The notes beneath the pieces were generated by a model that had not been told where the DNA came from, ran no database searches, and saw only the letters and a program-made list of their open reading frames with translations. Below are positions 17,616 through 28,561 of a DNA stretch of 51,961 bases, piece after piece. The position numbers and the translations under genes were made by a program. Numbering within the stretch: the first letter of the stretch is position 1; each line of letters starts with the position of its first letter. This DNA is from Desulfurococcales archaeon ex4484_217_1 (GTDB taxonomy: Archaea > Thermoproteota > Thermoprotei_A > EX4484-217-1): positions 1-51,961 of the forward strand of contig NJED01000013.1 of the NCBI GenBank assembly GCA_002254745.1, written 5' to 3'.

Positions 17616-18989
17616 TTGCTTATGGGCAAGCTATTTGGAACAGATGGTGTTAGGGGAATAGTGAATGTCGACTTAACGCCGGAATTAGCTATGAAAATAG
17701 GCTTAGCTGCTGGCACCTTCTTTGGCGAAGGTACGAGAATTCTTATCGGCAGAGATGTTAGAAGAGGAGGTGAGATGCTTCAAAAAGCTGTTATAGGGGG
17801 TTTGTTAAGTGCTGGAGTAAAAGTTTACGATGCTGGTCTTCTTCCTACACCTACGCTTCAATGGGCGATAAAGCATTTCAAGTTCGATGGAGGTATAATG
17901 ATAACTGCAAGCCATAATCCCCCTAAATACAACGGTATAAAGGTTATCGCATCAGATGGTGTTGAAATAAGTAGAGAAGATGAAGTAAAAATTGAGGAAA
18001 TAATTTTTGAGGAAAAATGGTTTAGAGCTTCACGGTTTGGCTTAGCCGAAGAAGTACCTAAATTCTACGGAATAATAGATGCTTACGTTAACTCCATAGT
18101 AAGCCATGTAGATGTTGAGAAAATTAGAAGTAAAAACTTCAGAGTTTTAATAGACCCAGCAAACAGTGTGGGAGCGCTTACAAGCCCGCTCGTAGCTAAG
18201 AAGCTTGGATGCAAAGTATACACGTTAAACGGTAATCTTGACGGAGACTTTCCAGGAAGAGAACCTGAACCAACAACTGAGACTCTTAAAGAAACAGCTG
18301 ATGTAGCTAGAGCATTACATGTCGACTTAGCTGTTGGACATGACGGCGATGCGGATAGAGCAATTTTCGTAGACGAGAAAGGTAGAATACATTGGGGAGA
18401 TAGGAGTGCGACAATTCTATGCAAATATTTCGCTGAAAAAGGACATAAAGGTAAAGTAATTACCGCGGTTTCCTCATCAATTATGATAGAGGAAGTATTG
18501 AAACCCTATGGATTAGAAGTTATCTGGATGAAGGTAGGTAGTGTCGATATTTCCAGAAGAATGCTTAGAGAAGAAAATGTTTTATGTGGTTTTGAAGAAA
18601 ATGGAGGTTTCATGTATCCTCCACATATACCTGTAAGAGACGGATCAATGACATTAGCTTTAATGCTACAGGTAATGGCAGATGAAAATAGAAAACTATC
18701 GGAACTTTTCGACCAACTACCGCACTATTATACGTTAAAAACTAAGATACCGATGGCTCGTACTACAGCTCTTAAAGTTGTTAAAGAAGTTGCTGAATAC
18801 TTTAAGAATTATAGGCTAATAACTATTGATGGCGTAAAAGTGTTAATGAAGGATGCATGGGTTTTAGTTAGGCCTTCGGGAACAGAACCTATACTTAGAA
18901 TTATGGCTGAAGCAAAAGATGAAAATAAGTTAAAGGAAATAGTTAACACAGTCAAGAATATTGCAGAAGAGGTGCTTAAGTCAAAATGA
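17616..18989 (+). CDS. glmM: Phosphoglucosamine/phosphomannomutase (alpha-D-phosphohexomutase family)
   Basis: FGTDGVRG, active-site TASHNPPKYNGIK, metal site GHDGDADR, sugar loop GFEENGG, C-terminal RPSGTEP. Confidence 0.9.
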   Translation: MLMGKLFGTDGVRGIVNVDLTPELAMKIGLAAGTFFGEGTRILIGRDVRRGGEMLQKAVIGGLLSAGVKVYDAGLLPTPTLQWAIKHFKFDGGIMITASHNPPKYNGIKVIASDGVEISREDEVKIEEIIFEEKWFRASRFGLAEEVPKFYGIIDAYVNSIVSHVDVEKIRSKNFRVLIDPANSVGALTSPLVAKKLGCKVYTLNGNLDGDFPGREPEPTTETLKETADVARALHVDLAVGHDGDADRAIFVDEKGRIHWGDRSATILCKYFAEKGHKGKVITAVSSSIMIEEVLKPYGLEVIWMKVGSVDISRRMLREENVLCGFEENGGFMYPPHIPVRDGSMTLALMLQVMADENRKLSELFDQLPHYYTLKTKIPMARTTALKVVKEVAEYFKNYRLITIDGVKVLMKDAWVLVRPSGTEPILRIMAEAKDENKLKEIVNTVKNIAEEVLKSK

Positions 18990-19375
18990 AGTATAGACTA
19001 CTAGACATACTAGCCTGCCCAATATGCAAACATTTCCCCCTAAAACATTACATTATCGAAGAGAACATATATGAAGACAGAGTTTTAGAAGAAGAGAAAC
19101 CTTTATGCGAACTATATTGCGGTTATCTAGGGAAAAAAGTTAAGGAGATTAAAGAATTCCCCTGCGAAGAATGTTTTAAAAAGGAAGTTAAAACAGGGGC
19201 TCTATACTGCTCAAACTGCGGTAGATGGTACCCAATAATCGATGAAATACCTCAAATGCTACCTGATGAGTTAAGAGACAAGAAATCAGATCTAGAGTTT
19301 CTGAAAAAGTACAAGGAAAAGTTACCTGAGAAAATAGTCTTACTCGGCAAACCTTATAACTTGAAGGTTTCATGA
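18986..19375 (+). CDS. Trm112-like zinc-ribbon protein with internal insertion
   Basis: LLDILACPICKHFPL ... CSNCGRWYPIIDEIPQMLPDE (Trm112/DUF343 pattern); ATGA overlap with glmM. Confidence 0.7.
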   Translation: MKYRLLDILACPICKHFPLKHYIIEENIYEDRVLEEEKPLCELYCGYLGKKVKEIKEFPCEECFKKEVKTGALYCSNCGRWYPIIDEIPQMLPDELRDKKSDLEFLKKYKEKLPEKIVLLGKPYNLKVS

Positions 19376-19426
19376 TAAATTTTAAACTATCTCTGCAATA
19401 GCTTAGAGTAAGGTGGTAGGTTTCAC

Positions 19427-19843
19427 ATGTTTAGAAGACCGGAAGAATCATTTGCATCACATCTGACAGAATGGATTAAACTACAGAAAACACTGCTTGA
19501 AACTGTGAAAAAACTAAATGACAGTATAAAGAAGGGAGATAGGTTAACACTAATAATAGCTACTAGAACGGTATTCCAACATATAATGAGAACAATTAAG
19601 GCTTTTGACCAATGGCTTCAAGATCCATTCATATTAGAACACATGCCTAGGGAAATGCTTGAAGAAGTTTGGGACAACATTTCCGACATACTGCTTAAAC
19701 TTCTAGAATTAGACATTGAACATACGAGCCAGTTTAGAGACTTAATAATAAAGTTGGCAAAAGAAGATAAGCTAAACCCACTAGTATGGCCTAAGAAAAG
19801 GAAAGGTCTAGAGAAAAAACCTACACTACATACTACGATGTAG
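19427..19843 (+). CDS. Hypothetical helical protein
   Basis: 138-aa ORF with a GGTGG Shine-Dalgarno-like element upstream; no motif assigned with confidence. Confidence 0.5.
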   Translation: MFRRPEESFASHLTEWIKLQKTLLETVKKLNDSIKKGDRLTLIIATRTVFQHIMRTIKAFDQWLQDPFILEHMPREMLEEVWDNISDILLKLLELDIEHTSQFRDLIIKLAKEDKLNPLVWPKKRKGLEKKPTLHTTM

Positions 19844-19877
19844 TTTAACAATTTAACTTGAAATCCACGGTGTAGTA

Positions 19878-20792
19878 ATGAATTTATTAGCGAAGTTCAG
19901 GGAAAAACTGGATGTTTTAAAAAGAATTTCTCCACAAGATGTCCTCAGTATTCTTGAAGATTTTAAAAACCTCATGCAAGGCGAAACTAAGAAAGAAAAC
20001 TTCGAATACTTTGATAGAATTGAAGGATTAATTAAAGTTAAGAGTACACATTTAGCTGTTATAGGAGATATTCATGGAGACCTCGCAAGTCTAAGAGCAA
20101 TTATGGGTAACATAAATAAACATTTGCCAGACGAAGATAGTGTTCTCGTGTTTTTGGGAGACTATGTAGATAGAGGAGTAGAGTCTTTCGAAACTATAAT
20201 GTCCATTATTATGTTGAAACTTGAAAACCCAGAAAAAATCATCATGCTTAGAGGAAATCATGAACCACCACCTAACCTTATACCATACCCTCACGACTTC
20301 CCATTATTTCTTAAAATGAAATTTAAAAAATCATGGAAAGAAGTATATGATGTATTCTTTGATATTTTCCAGCTACTACCACATGCAGCATACGTTGAAT
20401 CAAAAATTTTCCTTGTTCACGGAGGCGTGCCAGTGAAAACTAGTAGTCTTGAAAAAATCGCTTTTGCTCATGAGGAGAAAGAGATTTTAGAAGAGCTTCT
20501 ATGGAACGATCCAAGTGATTTTATTGAAGAATGGACTTACTCGCCTAGAGGGGCGGGTAAGCTTTTCGGAATTAAGATTACCAGGGAATTTCTTAGGCAA
20601 AATAATTTTATAGGAATCATAAGAAGCCATGAACCATGTAATGGTTTTAAAATAAACCATAATGGCTTGGTCCTAACCATATTTTCGAGGAAAGGCTACC
20701 CCTATTTTAACAAATACGCTTCAATAATAATTTTAAATGTAAAGGAACTTAAAAGCAAAGAAGACTTATTAAAACATGTATTAACATTTTGA
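19878..20792 (+). CDS. Ser/Thr protein phosphatase, PPP family (metallophosphoesterase)
   Basis: GDIHGD, GDYVDRG, GNHE, HGG and SHE motifs in the canonical order. Confidence 0.9.
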   Translation: MNLLAKFREKLDVLKRISPQDVLSILEDFKNLMQGETKKENFEYFDRIEGLIKVKSTHLAVIGDIHGDLASLRAIMGNINKHLPDEDSVLVFLGDYVDRGVESFETIMSIIMLKLENPEKIIMLRGNHEPPPNLIPYPHDFPLFLKMKFKKSWKEVYDVFFDIFQLLPHAAYVESKIFLVHGGVPVKTSSLEKIAFAHEEKEILEELLWNDPSDFIEEWTYSPRGAGKLFGIKITREFLRQNNFIGIIRSHEPCNGFKINHNGLVLTIFSRKGYPYFNKYASIIILNVKELKSKEDLLKHVLTF

Positions 20793-20795
20793 ATA

Positions 20796-21269
20796 TTATC
20801 TTCTACGTCTCCTTCTAGAGATCTTTAGTAATTTAAAGCTTAGTTCCTGCTCTGCATCTATTGGAATTATTTTTGATCTAAGCTCTTCCACTAGTTGAGG
20901 AATTTTTTCAGCATTTTCACCTAGCCTACTAACGTGGTTTTCTAAGAACTCTAAACCCTCCGATGTTACTCTTAATTTTTTATTTCTAGGATTAGTTTCT
21001 AGAAGACCTAGGTAAAGCAGCGCTATGATGTCCTCTTTAAGCTCTTTAGATGAAAGTGAACCCGCAATTTCGAAGAATCTATACCCTAAATTAACATTCT
21101 TATCTTGAATGTTCTTAACTAAATATATTAGCGCTTTCTCGGTTATTTCGCCGAAAGACTTTATGGTTTGTAGTAGTGCTATTTTTCTTACATCATTTAC
21201 TATATCCGCTATTGTTATTGCAGGTCTAGTAATTATTTTTAATTCTTTAGACCTGCCTGGAGCTGCCAT
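20796..21269 (-). CDS. Hypothetical protein with poly-Arg C-terminus
   Basis: 157-aa ORF, tightly packed behind 21272-22300; helical and possibly wHTH-like, but no family recognised. Confidence 0.45.
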   Translation of the reverse strand: MAAPGRSKELKIITRPAITIADIVNDVRKIALLQTIKSFGEITEKALIYLVKNIQDKNVNLGYRFFEIAGSLSSKELKEDIIALLYLGLLETNPRNKKLRVTSEGLEFLENHVSRLGENAEKIPQLVEELRSKIIPIDAEQELSFKLLKISRRRRRR

Positions 21270-21271
21270 CT

Positions 21272-22300
21272 TTAACCCTTCTCCATATTCTTCTTTTCTT
21301 CAGATTTAAGTTTAGTAGGCTTAATAGATAATCTTTCGGCTACTTTTCTAACAGCTTTCTCAAAAGTTAGTCCGCTAAACATGTAATGGTCTATTTCATA
21401 TTTTAGTATTTCTTCACCAAGGTCTCCGAAAACATCTTTAAACATCTTAATTAAGGCTTCATATAGGCTTTTAATTTCTACAGATACTTCTTTTGGTAGG
21501 GTTTTTACGGGTTTCATTACCCTACCTATTTTAACTTTTATTCTGGCTTTAGGTAGTGTTGCTAAGGCACTATAGCCGAAAGTCATTAACATGAAGAATG
21601 AGGAAAGACCTAATACTAATAGTGAAGTTATTTTTAGTAAATATGCACTAGAGGGGTTTAGAAGAAGTACTGTTGTTAATGTTAGGTAGGCAATGTAGGA
21701 GCACATTATTGTTAAAGCTAGGGATGGAAAAACCACGTATTTTATACGTTTAACTATAAGATAAGCTTCTAAAAGAACTAAAAATAGTGCAGCAAGAGAC
21801 AATAGGGGGATAGCGTTATCAACGATAAACAGCATCTTACTTACATCTAGGCCTGCAATTAGCAAATAGAATAGGTGATAATTTACGGTAAATGTTAAAG
21901 CTATAAATGCTAAAAGAGACAGGAGTATTCTACGCCTTTTTATGATGACTATTTTCTGTTTTACTATGGTTTCTTTGAATTCGTTCACAATATTCCTAAA
22001 AGACTCTACGACTTCTCCGAATTCTTTGGCTGTGGATTCTTCATTTAACATACCTAGTTTGTCATGAACTTCCAGCATTTTGCTGAATAGTTTTTCAAGA
22101 GATTCATTTATCATAGGGCCTCCGATGTATGTTATTTCATTTAGGCTTTTCTTAACATCATTTAGGATGGTGTTTAAGGTTTCGATAATGCTCGTATTGA
22201 AGCTTTTCCTTTCTAAGGAACCTAGTTCGTACTCAAAATATCTGATTAAACTTACTAACGCTTCTTTCATATCGTTAGCTTCAATAGTGTGTGTTGACAT
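21272..22300 (-). CDS. Hypothetical membrane protein (soluble helical N-domain, about 5 TM helices, soluble C-domain)
   Basis: 342-aa ORF; hydrophobic block in the centre; no family recognised. Confidence 0.55.
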   Translation of the reverse strand: MSTHTIEANDMKEALVSLIRYFEYELGSLERKSFNTSIIETLNTILNDVKKSLNEITYIGGPMINESLEKLFSKMLEVHDKLGMLNEESTAKEFGEVVESFRNIVNEFKETIVKQKIVIIKRRRILLSLLAFIALTFTVNYHLFYLLIAGLDVSKMLFIVDNAIPLLSLAALFLVLLEAYLIVKRIKYVVFPSLALTIMCSYIAYLTLTTVLLLNPSSAYLLKITSLLVLGLSSFFMLMTFGYSALATLPKARIKVKIGRVMKPVKTLPKEVSVEIKSLYEALIKMFKDVFGDLGEEILKYEIDHYMFSGLTFEKAVRKVAERLSIKPTKLKSEEKKNMEKG

Positions 22301-22321
22301 TACCTAAGCACCGTTGATGTG

Positions 22322-22399
22322 AGAGGTCAGATCCGCTGAAGGTTCATCAAAACCCCCAACCCCTAAGGGCATCAGGGTTTAGGGGGTACATCATCCCCT
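22322..22399 (-). ncRNA. Candidate C/D box sRNA with long D'-C' spacer
   Basis: Minus strand: AGGGG-AUGAUGU-ACCCCCUAAACC(12)-CUGA-21 nt-UUGAUGA-ACCUUCAGCGGAU(13)-CUGA-CCUCU. The terminal stem pairs with one G-U. TTTAAA element about 25 nt upstream. It forms a GC-rich island in AT-rich DNA. Confidence 0.65.
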
Positions 22400-22463
22400 A
22401 CTCTTAGCTCCCAATATAGAACTTTAAACTTTTCCCATTACCTACTTGGGGTTATTTAAGTAA

Positions 22464-23862
<1,399 letters not shown>

Positions 23863-23872
23863 TTTTTCCATT

Positions 23873-24903
23873 TTAGCTTAAACCTAGAGCGCCCAATACG
23901 CCAACAACGTTTACTACAATAAGTGAACCAACTATTAAAGCTGAAACTACTTTTATAAAGGACGAAGCTAGAGGCTTAACTTTCCAATATAGGAGTACAA
24001 CGAAAAGTGCAGGGATCCATGATGTAAGACTAATTAGTATGGATGAATCTCTTACTAAATCTGCAAAACCTCCTCCAAAGATATTTCTCGAAAAAGCATG
24101 TGCAAAAGCGATTAGCAGCGAAATAAGTATTGTTAAGCTAGCTACTTTAAAATAGAGTTTGCTTGCTACAATATCTTTTAAACTAGTAGTTTCTGTTAAG
24201 TACTCATAGAACATGTAAGCATTACAGAGTATTATGGCCTCTATAGCGAGAGTTGAAGAAGCTAAAATCCCTATGCAGAAAAGAAGTGGACCAATAATGC
24301 CAAGAGGTTTTAAAGCTAATATCATATCGTGAATTGTTGAAGTGTTTTCTGGAGCATAAGCCGCAGCAACAACAGCAACAGAAATACTGGCAAGGGATGT
24401 AAATACTAAGCCTACAGAGATGTCTATGAACTCTTCAGGTATTTCATGCATCTTTAACCCTTTCATAATAATGCTAGATGTTTGAAAAATTAGCGCATAT
24501 GGTGCTGCAGCAGCGCCGAACACAGCTAAAACGTCGATAAAATACTGTCTCCCTAAGGCTACTTCGGGGAAACTACGTTTAAAGTGAAGGAGACACCTAT
24601 GATGTTTATTGCTATGGTTACTACATTAGCGATAAATAGTGAGATGAGGATTATGAGAGTTAAATGTTTACCAAATATTTTCCTCGATTTAACTATAACG
24701 CCTTCACGCATAACTACGCCTACTTCAACAGCTAGCTGCTGCAATAACGCTATGATTATTGAAGCTAATACTATAATCCACAGTATTTTAAAACCGTAAA
24801 TAGCTCCTACGTACGTAAACACCCCTATGTTCGTTATTTCTAAACCTGATACAGCAGAAATAAGTCCTGGACCTAAAATACTAATAATCCTAAATTTCTT
24901 CAA
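23873..24903 (-). pseudogene. NRAMP/MntH-family divalent metal transporter, frameshifted
   Basis: N-terminal ORF (GPGLISAVSG...GAIYGFKILW) stops at 24559. The next frame is open across the junction and continues ...PEVALGRQYFIDVLAVFGAAAAPYALIFQTS. The shift sits at the C4 run 24566-24569. Confidence 0.8.
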
Positions 24904-24989
24904 ATTAACACCTAGAACTATTTAGTTAAACGAGAAGAGTACTTAAGATGTAGGGTTCTTACTTCTTGTTAAACTTCGATTCTATATTG

Positions 24990-25343
24990 TTAACGATTTC
25001 TCATAACATTATGGTCTATTAGCAATACTACATATAGTGGGCTACCCCTACCTCTGTCATTGTATGCATGCGGCGAGACTATAGAAGTAGATGAAACTAT
25101 GGTTATGGGTTCTATTGAATTATTTGACGTATTCTCTATCTCTGCTTTTACACCTCTTAGCTCTGAAGAAAATGTGAAATTACTAACAACCGTACTATTC
25201 TCTTCGCTAGTCTTCTTAGTGTCGCTCTTTCCTCTTCTAACTTTCCTCTTCACATAGTAGTAATTATATATGAAGGGTAAAACTCCGCCCATGATGTAGA
25301 CTAGAATCCTCAGCAGCAACCACATATCCATAGTAACCACCAT
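24990..25343 (-). CDS. Hypothetical N-terminally anchored protein
   Basis: 117-aa ORF with one TM helix, a basic stretch and a Ser/Thr/Asn-rich region; weak support. Confidence 0.4.
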   Translation of the reverse strand: MVVTMDMWLLLRILVYIMGGVLPFIYNYYYVKRKVRRGKSDTKKTSEENSTVVSNFTFSSELRGVKAEIENTSNNSIEPITIVSSTSIVSPHAYNDRGRGSPLYVVLLIDHNVMRNR

Positions 25344-25691
25344 TACTTTATACTTTGCCTTTATTTGCTATGTCTGGAGAGGATGTTGTAGTAGAGTAGT
25401 TTAAAAACTAGTTTGCTTAGTTTCGACCTTACTTTATTTTCCAAGATACTACATTCGTACATTTCATTGTTATTACATGAGTATTAATCTCCGCAGATAA
25501 TGTGAACAATGGTAATACTTAAATTACTCTTTTTAAAATCACTTTGAAAACTCTCAGCCGAAATATCTTTCATCACAATTTCAGTTTGAGTCGTGCTCGT
25601 CTTCCAAATACTATTTGAATATTTAGGATAAATATTTAAATTTAATTAGTCTTGCCTTAATTTATGAGAGTACTGTAGATTTAAATTGCAC

Positions 25692-26366
25692 TTATGAGTC
25701 TTTGAATTCGTTAATAATTTCTCTTACCACCTTATGCGGTTCATTAGATCTTGTTATAGCCGAGCCTACGATTACAATGTTAGCACCAGACTTAATAAGA
25801 TTATTAACCTTACCCGGTCGAATACCACCTGCTACTGCTAGGCATCTGCTAAACACTTCTCTTATTTTGCTAACTACTTGGCCCATGTCAGCTACTGTTA
25901 TTCCTAACTTCCTTTGTACATCTATACCTAGGTGAGATATCAAAATATCTACATTCATCCTCTCTAGTTCGGCTGCTCTGGTTAAGGGGTTAGGGTGCGA
26001 TATGAGGTCCACGGCTATTAGGAGTCCGTATTTCTTACCATATGTTAGCGCTTCGTTTATAGTGTAATTACTGGCTACAGAGAGAATAGTCGTAATATCT
26101 GCTCCTGCTTCATGGGCTAGTTTTGCTTCTAAAAACCCTGTATCCATGGTTTTCATGTCTGCGACTATTATTGCTTCAGGAAACTTTTCTCTAAGAACCT
26201 TAACTGCTTTCAAACCCGCCGACTTTATTAAGGGTGTTCCCGCTTCTAAAATTTCTGCGCCATTGTCCCAAGCTATTTTAGCTATTTTTAAAGCTTCATC
26301 TAATGATGTAAGGTCTAAAGCCACTTGGAGTCTAGGACGTTTAAGTAACTCATCTACACTAACCAA
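25692..26366 (-). CDS. hps: 3-hexulose-6-phosphate synthase-like (OMP decarboxylase suprafamily, HPS/KGPDC)
   Basis: LQVALDL start, EAGTPLIK, VADMKTMD, and a C-terminal GGI...VIVGSAIT phosphate-binding end. Confidence 0.8.
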   Translation of the reverse strand: MVSVDELLKRPRLQVALDLTSLDEALKIAKIAWDNGAEILEAGTPLIKSAGLKAVKVLREKFPEAIIVADMKTMDTGFLEAKLAHEAGADITTILSVASNYTINEALTYGKKYGLLIAVDLISHPNPLTRAAELERMNVDILISHLGIDVQRKLGITVADMGQVVSKIREVFSRCLAVAGGIRPGKVNNLIKSGANIVIVGSAITRSNEPHKVVREIINEFKDS

Positions 26367-26442
26367 TAAAACCCCTAATTGTTTGATGAAAACTTAAAGT
26401 TATAAACTTATTCTTAGAGTAAGTTTTACAATGTGGTGACCG

Positions 26443-28050
26443 GTGACAAAGTACGTATTCGTAACTGGAGGAGTACTTTCAAGTGTAGGTAAAGGAATAG
26501 TTACTGCTTCTATAGGTAAGCTTCTCCAAGCTAGAGGATACAGCGTTACGGCAATAAAAATTGATCCATATTTAAACGTAGATGCTGGAACAATGAACCC
26601 TTACATGCATGGAGAAGTTTTCGTAACAGAAGATGGCGGTGAAACAGATTTAGATCTAGGACATTATGAAAGATTCCTACATATAAATCTCTCAAAATTT
26701 AACAACATAACAACGGGCCAAGTGTACTTGAAGGTTATTGAGAGGGAGAGAAAGGGGGAGTACTTAGGTAAATGCGTTCAAATAATACCCCACATAACCG
26801 ATGAAATTAAGAGTAGAATAAGGTTTGTTGCTAAGCGGGAAGAGGTAGATGTAGTTGTAGTTGAAATAGGAGGTACTGTAGGGGATATTGAAGGACTACC
26901 TTTCCTAGAAGCTGTAAGGCAGATGAGAATAGAAGAGGGATATCAGAACACAGTTTTCGTACACGTAGCCTTAGTCCCTATATTAGAGGTTACGGGTGAG
27001 CAAAAAACAAAACCTGTCCAACATAGTGTCCAGGAGCTTAGGAGAATAGGTATTCAACCTGACATAATAGTTGCTAGGTGTAAAGTTACACTTGAAGATG
27101 AAGCTAAAAGGAAAATAGCATTATACGGTAATGTTCCATTAGATTCCGTTTTCACATCCTATACTGTGGGCACGATATACGAAGTACCCTTAATTCTTGA
27201 AAAACAAGGATTAGGTAAGAAGGTTATTGAGAGATTACACCTTGAACCTAGAGAACCCAACCTTAGAGACCTAGAATGGTTTGTAGGGAGAATTAAACAT
27301 AGTAAAAGGAAAGTCGTAGTGGGTATGGTGGGTAAATATACTAAGCTTAAAGATAGCTACATAAGCATAAACGAAGCTTTAGTTCATGCTGGAGCGCATT
27401 TAGCCGTAAAACCTACCTTAAAATGGATTGAAGCTACCGATATAGAAGAAGGAAGAATAAGTGTTGAAGAAGCATTAAGTGAAGTGAACGGTGTAATAGT
27501 TCTTCCAGGCTTCGGTAAGAGAGGCGCTGAAGGAAAGATTATGGCTATAAAATATGCTAGAGAAAACAATATACCATTACTTGGCATATGTTTCGGTATG
27601 CAGTTAATGGTCGTAGAATACGCTAGAAACGTAATAGGGTTAGAACATGCTCACAGTACAGAAATAGATCCTAAAACACCACATCCAGTAATTGACCTTA
27701 TGGAGGAACAGACAAGAATTAAGCAACTAGGAGGAACCATGAGGCTAGGAGCCTACCCAATAAATCTCTTCAAAAATACTCTTGCATACAGTCTTTATAG
27801 CAAGGAAACAATATATGAAAGACATAGGCATAGGTATGAGGTTAATCCGAAATACATTGACAAAATATTTGCTCACGGTCTTAGAATTTCAGGTTTAAGC
27901 TATGATGGTAGAGTAGAGTTTGTAGAGTTAAGTAAAAAAGAGCATACGTTTTACCTAGGAACCCAGGCTCACCCAGAGTTTAAGTCCAGACCTTTAAGTC
28001 CTTCTCCACCATACCTAGGTTTTCTTAAGGCGGCAATAGGCTTAATCTAA
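26443..28050 (+). CDS. pyrG: CTP synthase
   Basis: [34 protein letters not shown] (Cys nucleophile), [14 protein letters not shown]; 535 aa; GTG start. Confidence 0.97.
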   Translation: MTKYVFVTGGVLSSVGKGIVTASIGKLLQARGYSVTAIKIDPYLNVDAGTMNPYMHGEVFVTEDGGETDLDLGHYERFLHINLSKFNNITTGQVYLKVIERERKGEYLGKCVQIIPHITDEIKSRIRFVAKREEVDVVVVEIGGTVGDIEGLPFLEAVRQMRIEEGYQNTVFVHVALVPILEVTGEQKTKPVQHSVQELRRIGIQPDIIVARCKVTLEDEAKRKIALYGNVPLDSVFTSYTVGTIYEVPLILEKQGLGKKVIERLHLEPREPNLRDLEWFVGRIKHSKRKVVVGMVGKYTKLKDSYISINEALVHAGAHLAVKPTLKWIEATDIEEGRISVEEALSEVNGVIVLPGFGKRGAEGKIMAIKYARENNIPLLGICFGMQLMVVEYARNVIGLEHAHSTEIDPKTPHPVIDLMEEQTRIKQLGGTMRLGAYPINLFKNTLAYSLYSKETIYERHRHRYEVNPKYIDKIFAHGLRISGLSYDGRVEFVELSKKEHTFYLGTQAHPEFKSRPLSPSPPYLGFLKAAIGLI

Positions 28051-28386
28051 TACTAAAAGAACTTTCCTTATATTAGTTTTTGAAATCTTTTTAACACCGC
28101 GTTTACCAGGCTCATAAGTTGACTTAACTAACTTAACAGCTTCAAGTATTCTTATTTGAGCACTAGCGTTTGCTTTACTTTGAGATATAAGTTCTGCTGC
28201 CTTGCCAACATACATTCCACCTTCTCTTAAATATCTTAGTATTTTAAGTCTTGTAATTGATGAGAGAGCTGAAGCTACCTTTTGGACATATTCTTCACCT
28301 CGAACAATCAGTGCGTCTTCGACTTCGTATATGCCTGGGTTCTTAGGTATAACTAGTTTCACTTCACCTTCTGCTTTTAATGACAA
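28042..28386 (-). CDS. ArsR-family winged-helix transcriptional regulator
   Basis: [44 protein letters not shown], the HTH-5 pattern. Confidence 0.8.
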   Translation of the reverse strand: MSLKAEGEVKLVIPKNPGIYEVEDALIVRGEEYVQKVASALSSITRLKILRYLREGGMYVGKAAELISQSKANASAQIRILEAVKLVKSTYEPGKRGVKKISKTNIRKVLLVLD

Positions 28387-28419
28387 CTGTTTACCCTCAC
28401 CAATACATAGGTTATAGAA

Positions 28420-28445
28420 ATATATTAATTTAATATATTAATTTT
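28420..28445. promoter_or_regulatory. Tandem 13-bp repeat containing a perfect 12-bp palindrome, upstream of the ArsR-family gene
   Basis: ATATATTAATTTA / ATATATTAATTTT (28420-28445). TTAATATATTAA at 28430-28441 is its own reverse complement. Confidence 0.45.
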
Positions 28446-28561
28446 TAACTTATTTTAAAACCTTCTAAAACGTAATCACCTTAAATACTATTTTAACAGC
28501 ATTTTTAAAGTACTCATACTAAATATGAACCTAGGTTAAGGTATATTAAGGTATACAAGTA

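Noticed and set aside
25561-25615. C/D box sRNA on the minus strand (GUGAUGA-12 nt-CUGA)
   Set aside because: Only one box pair is convincing. The required partner C box would be AAGACGA, no terminal stem is present, and no second D box lies at the correct spacing.
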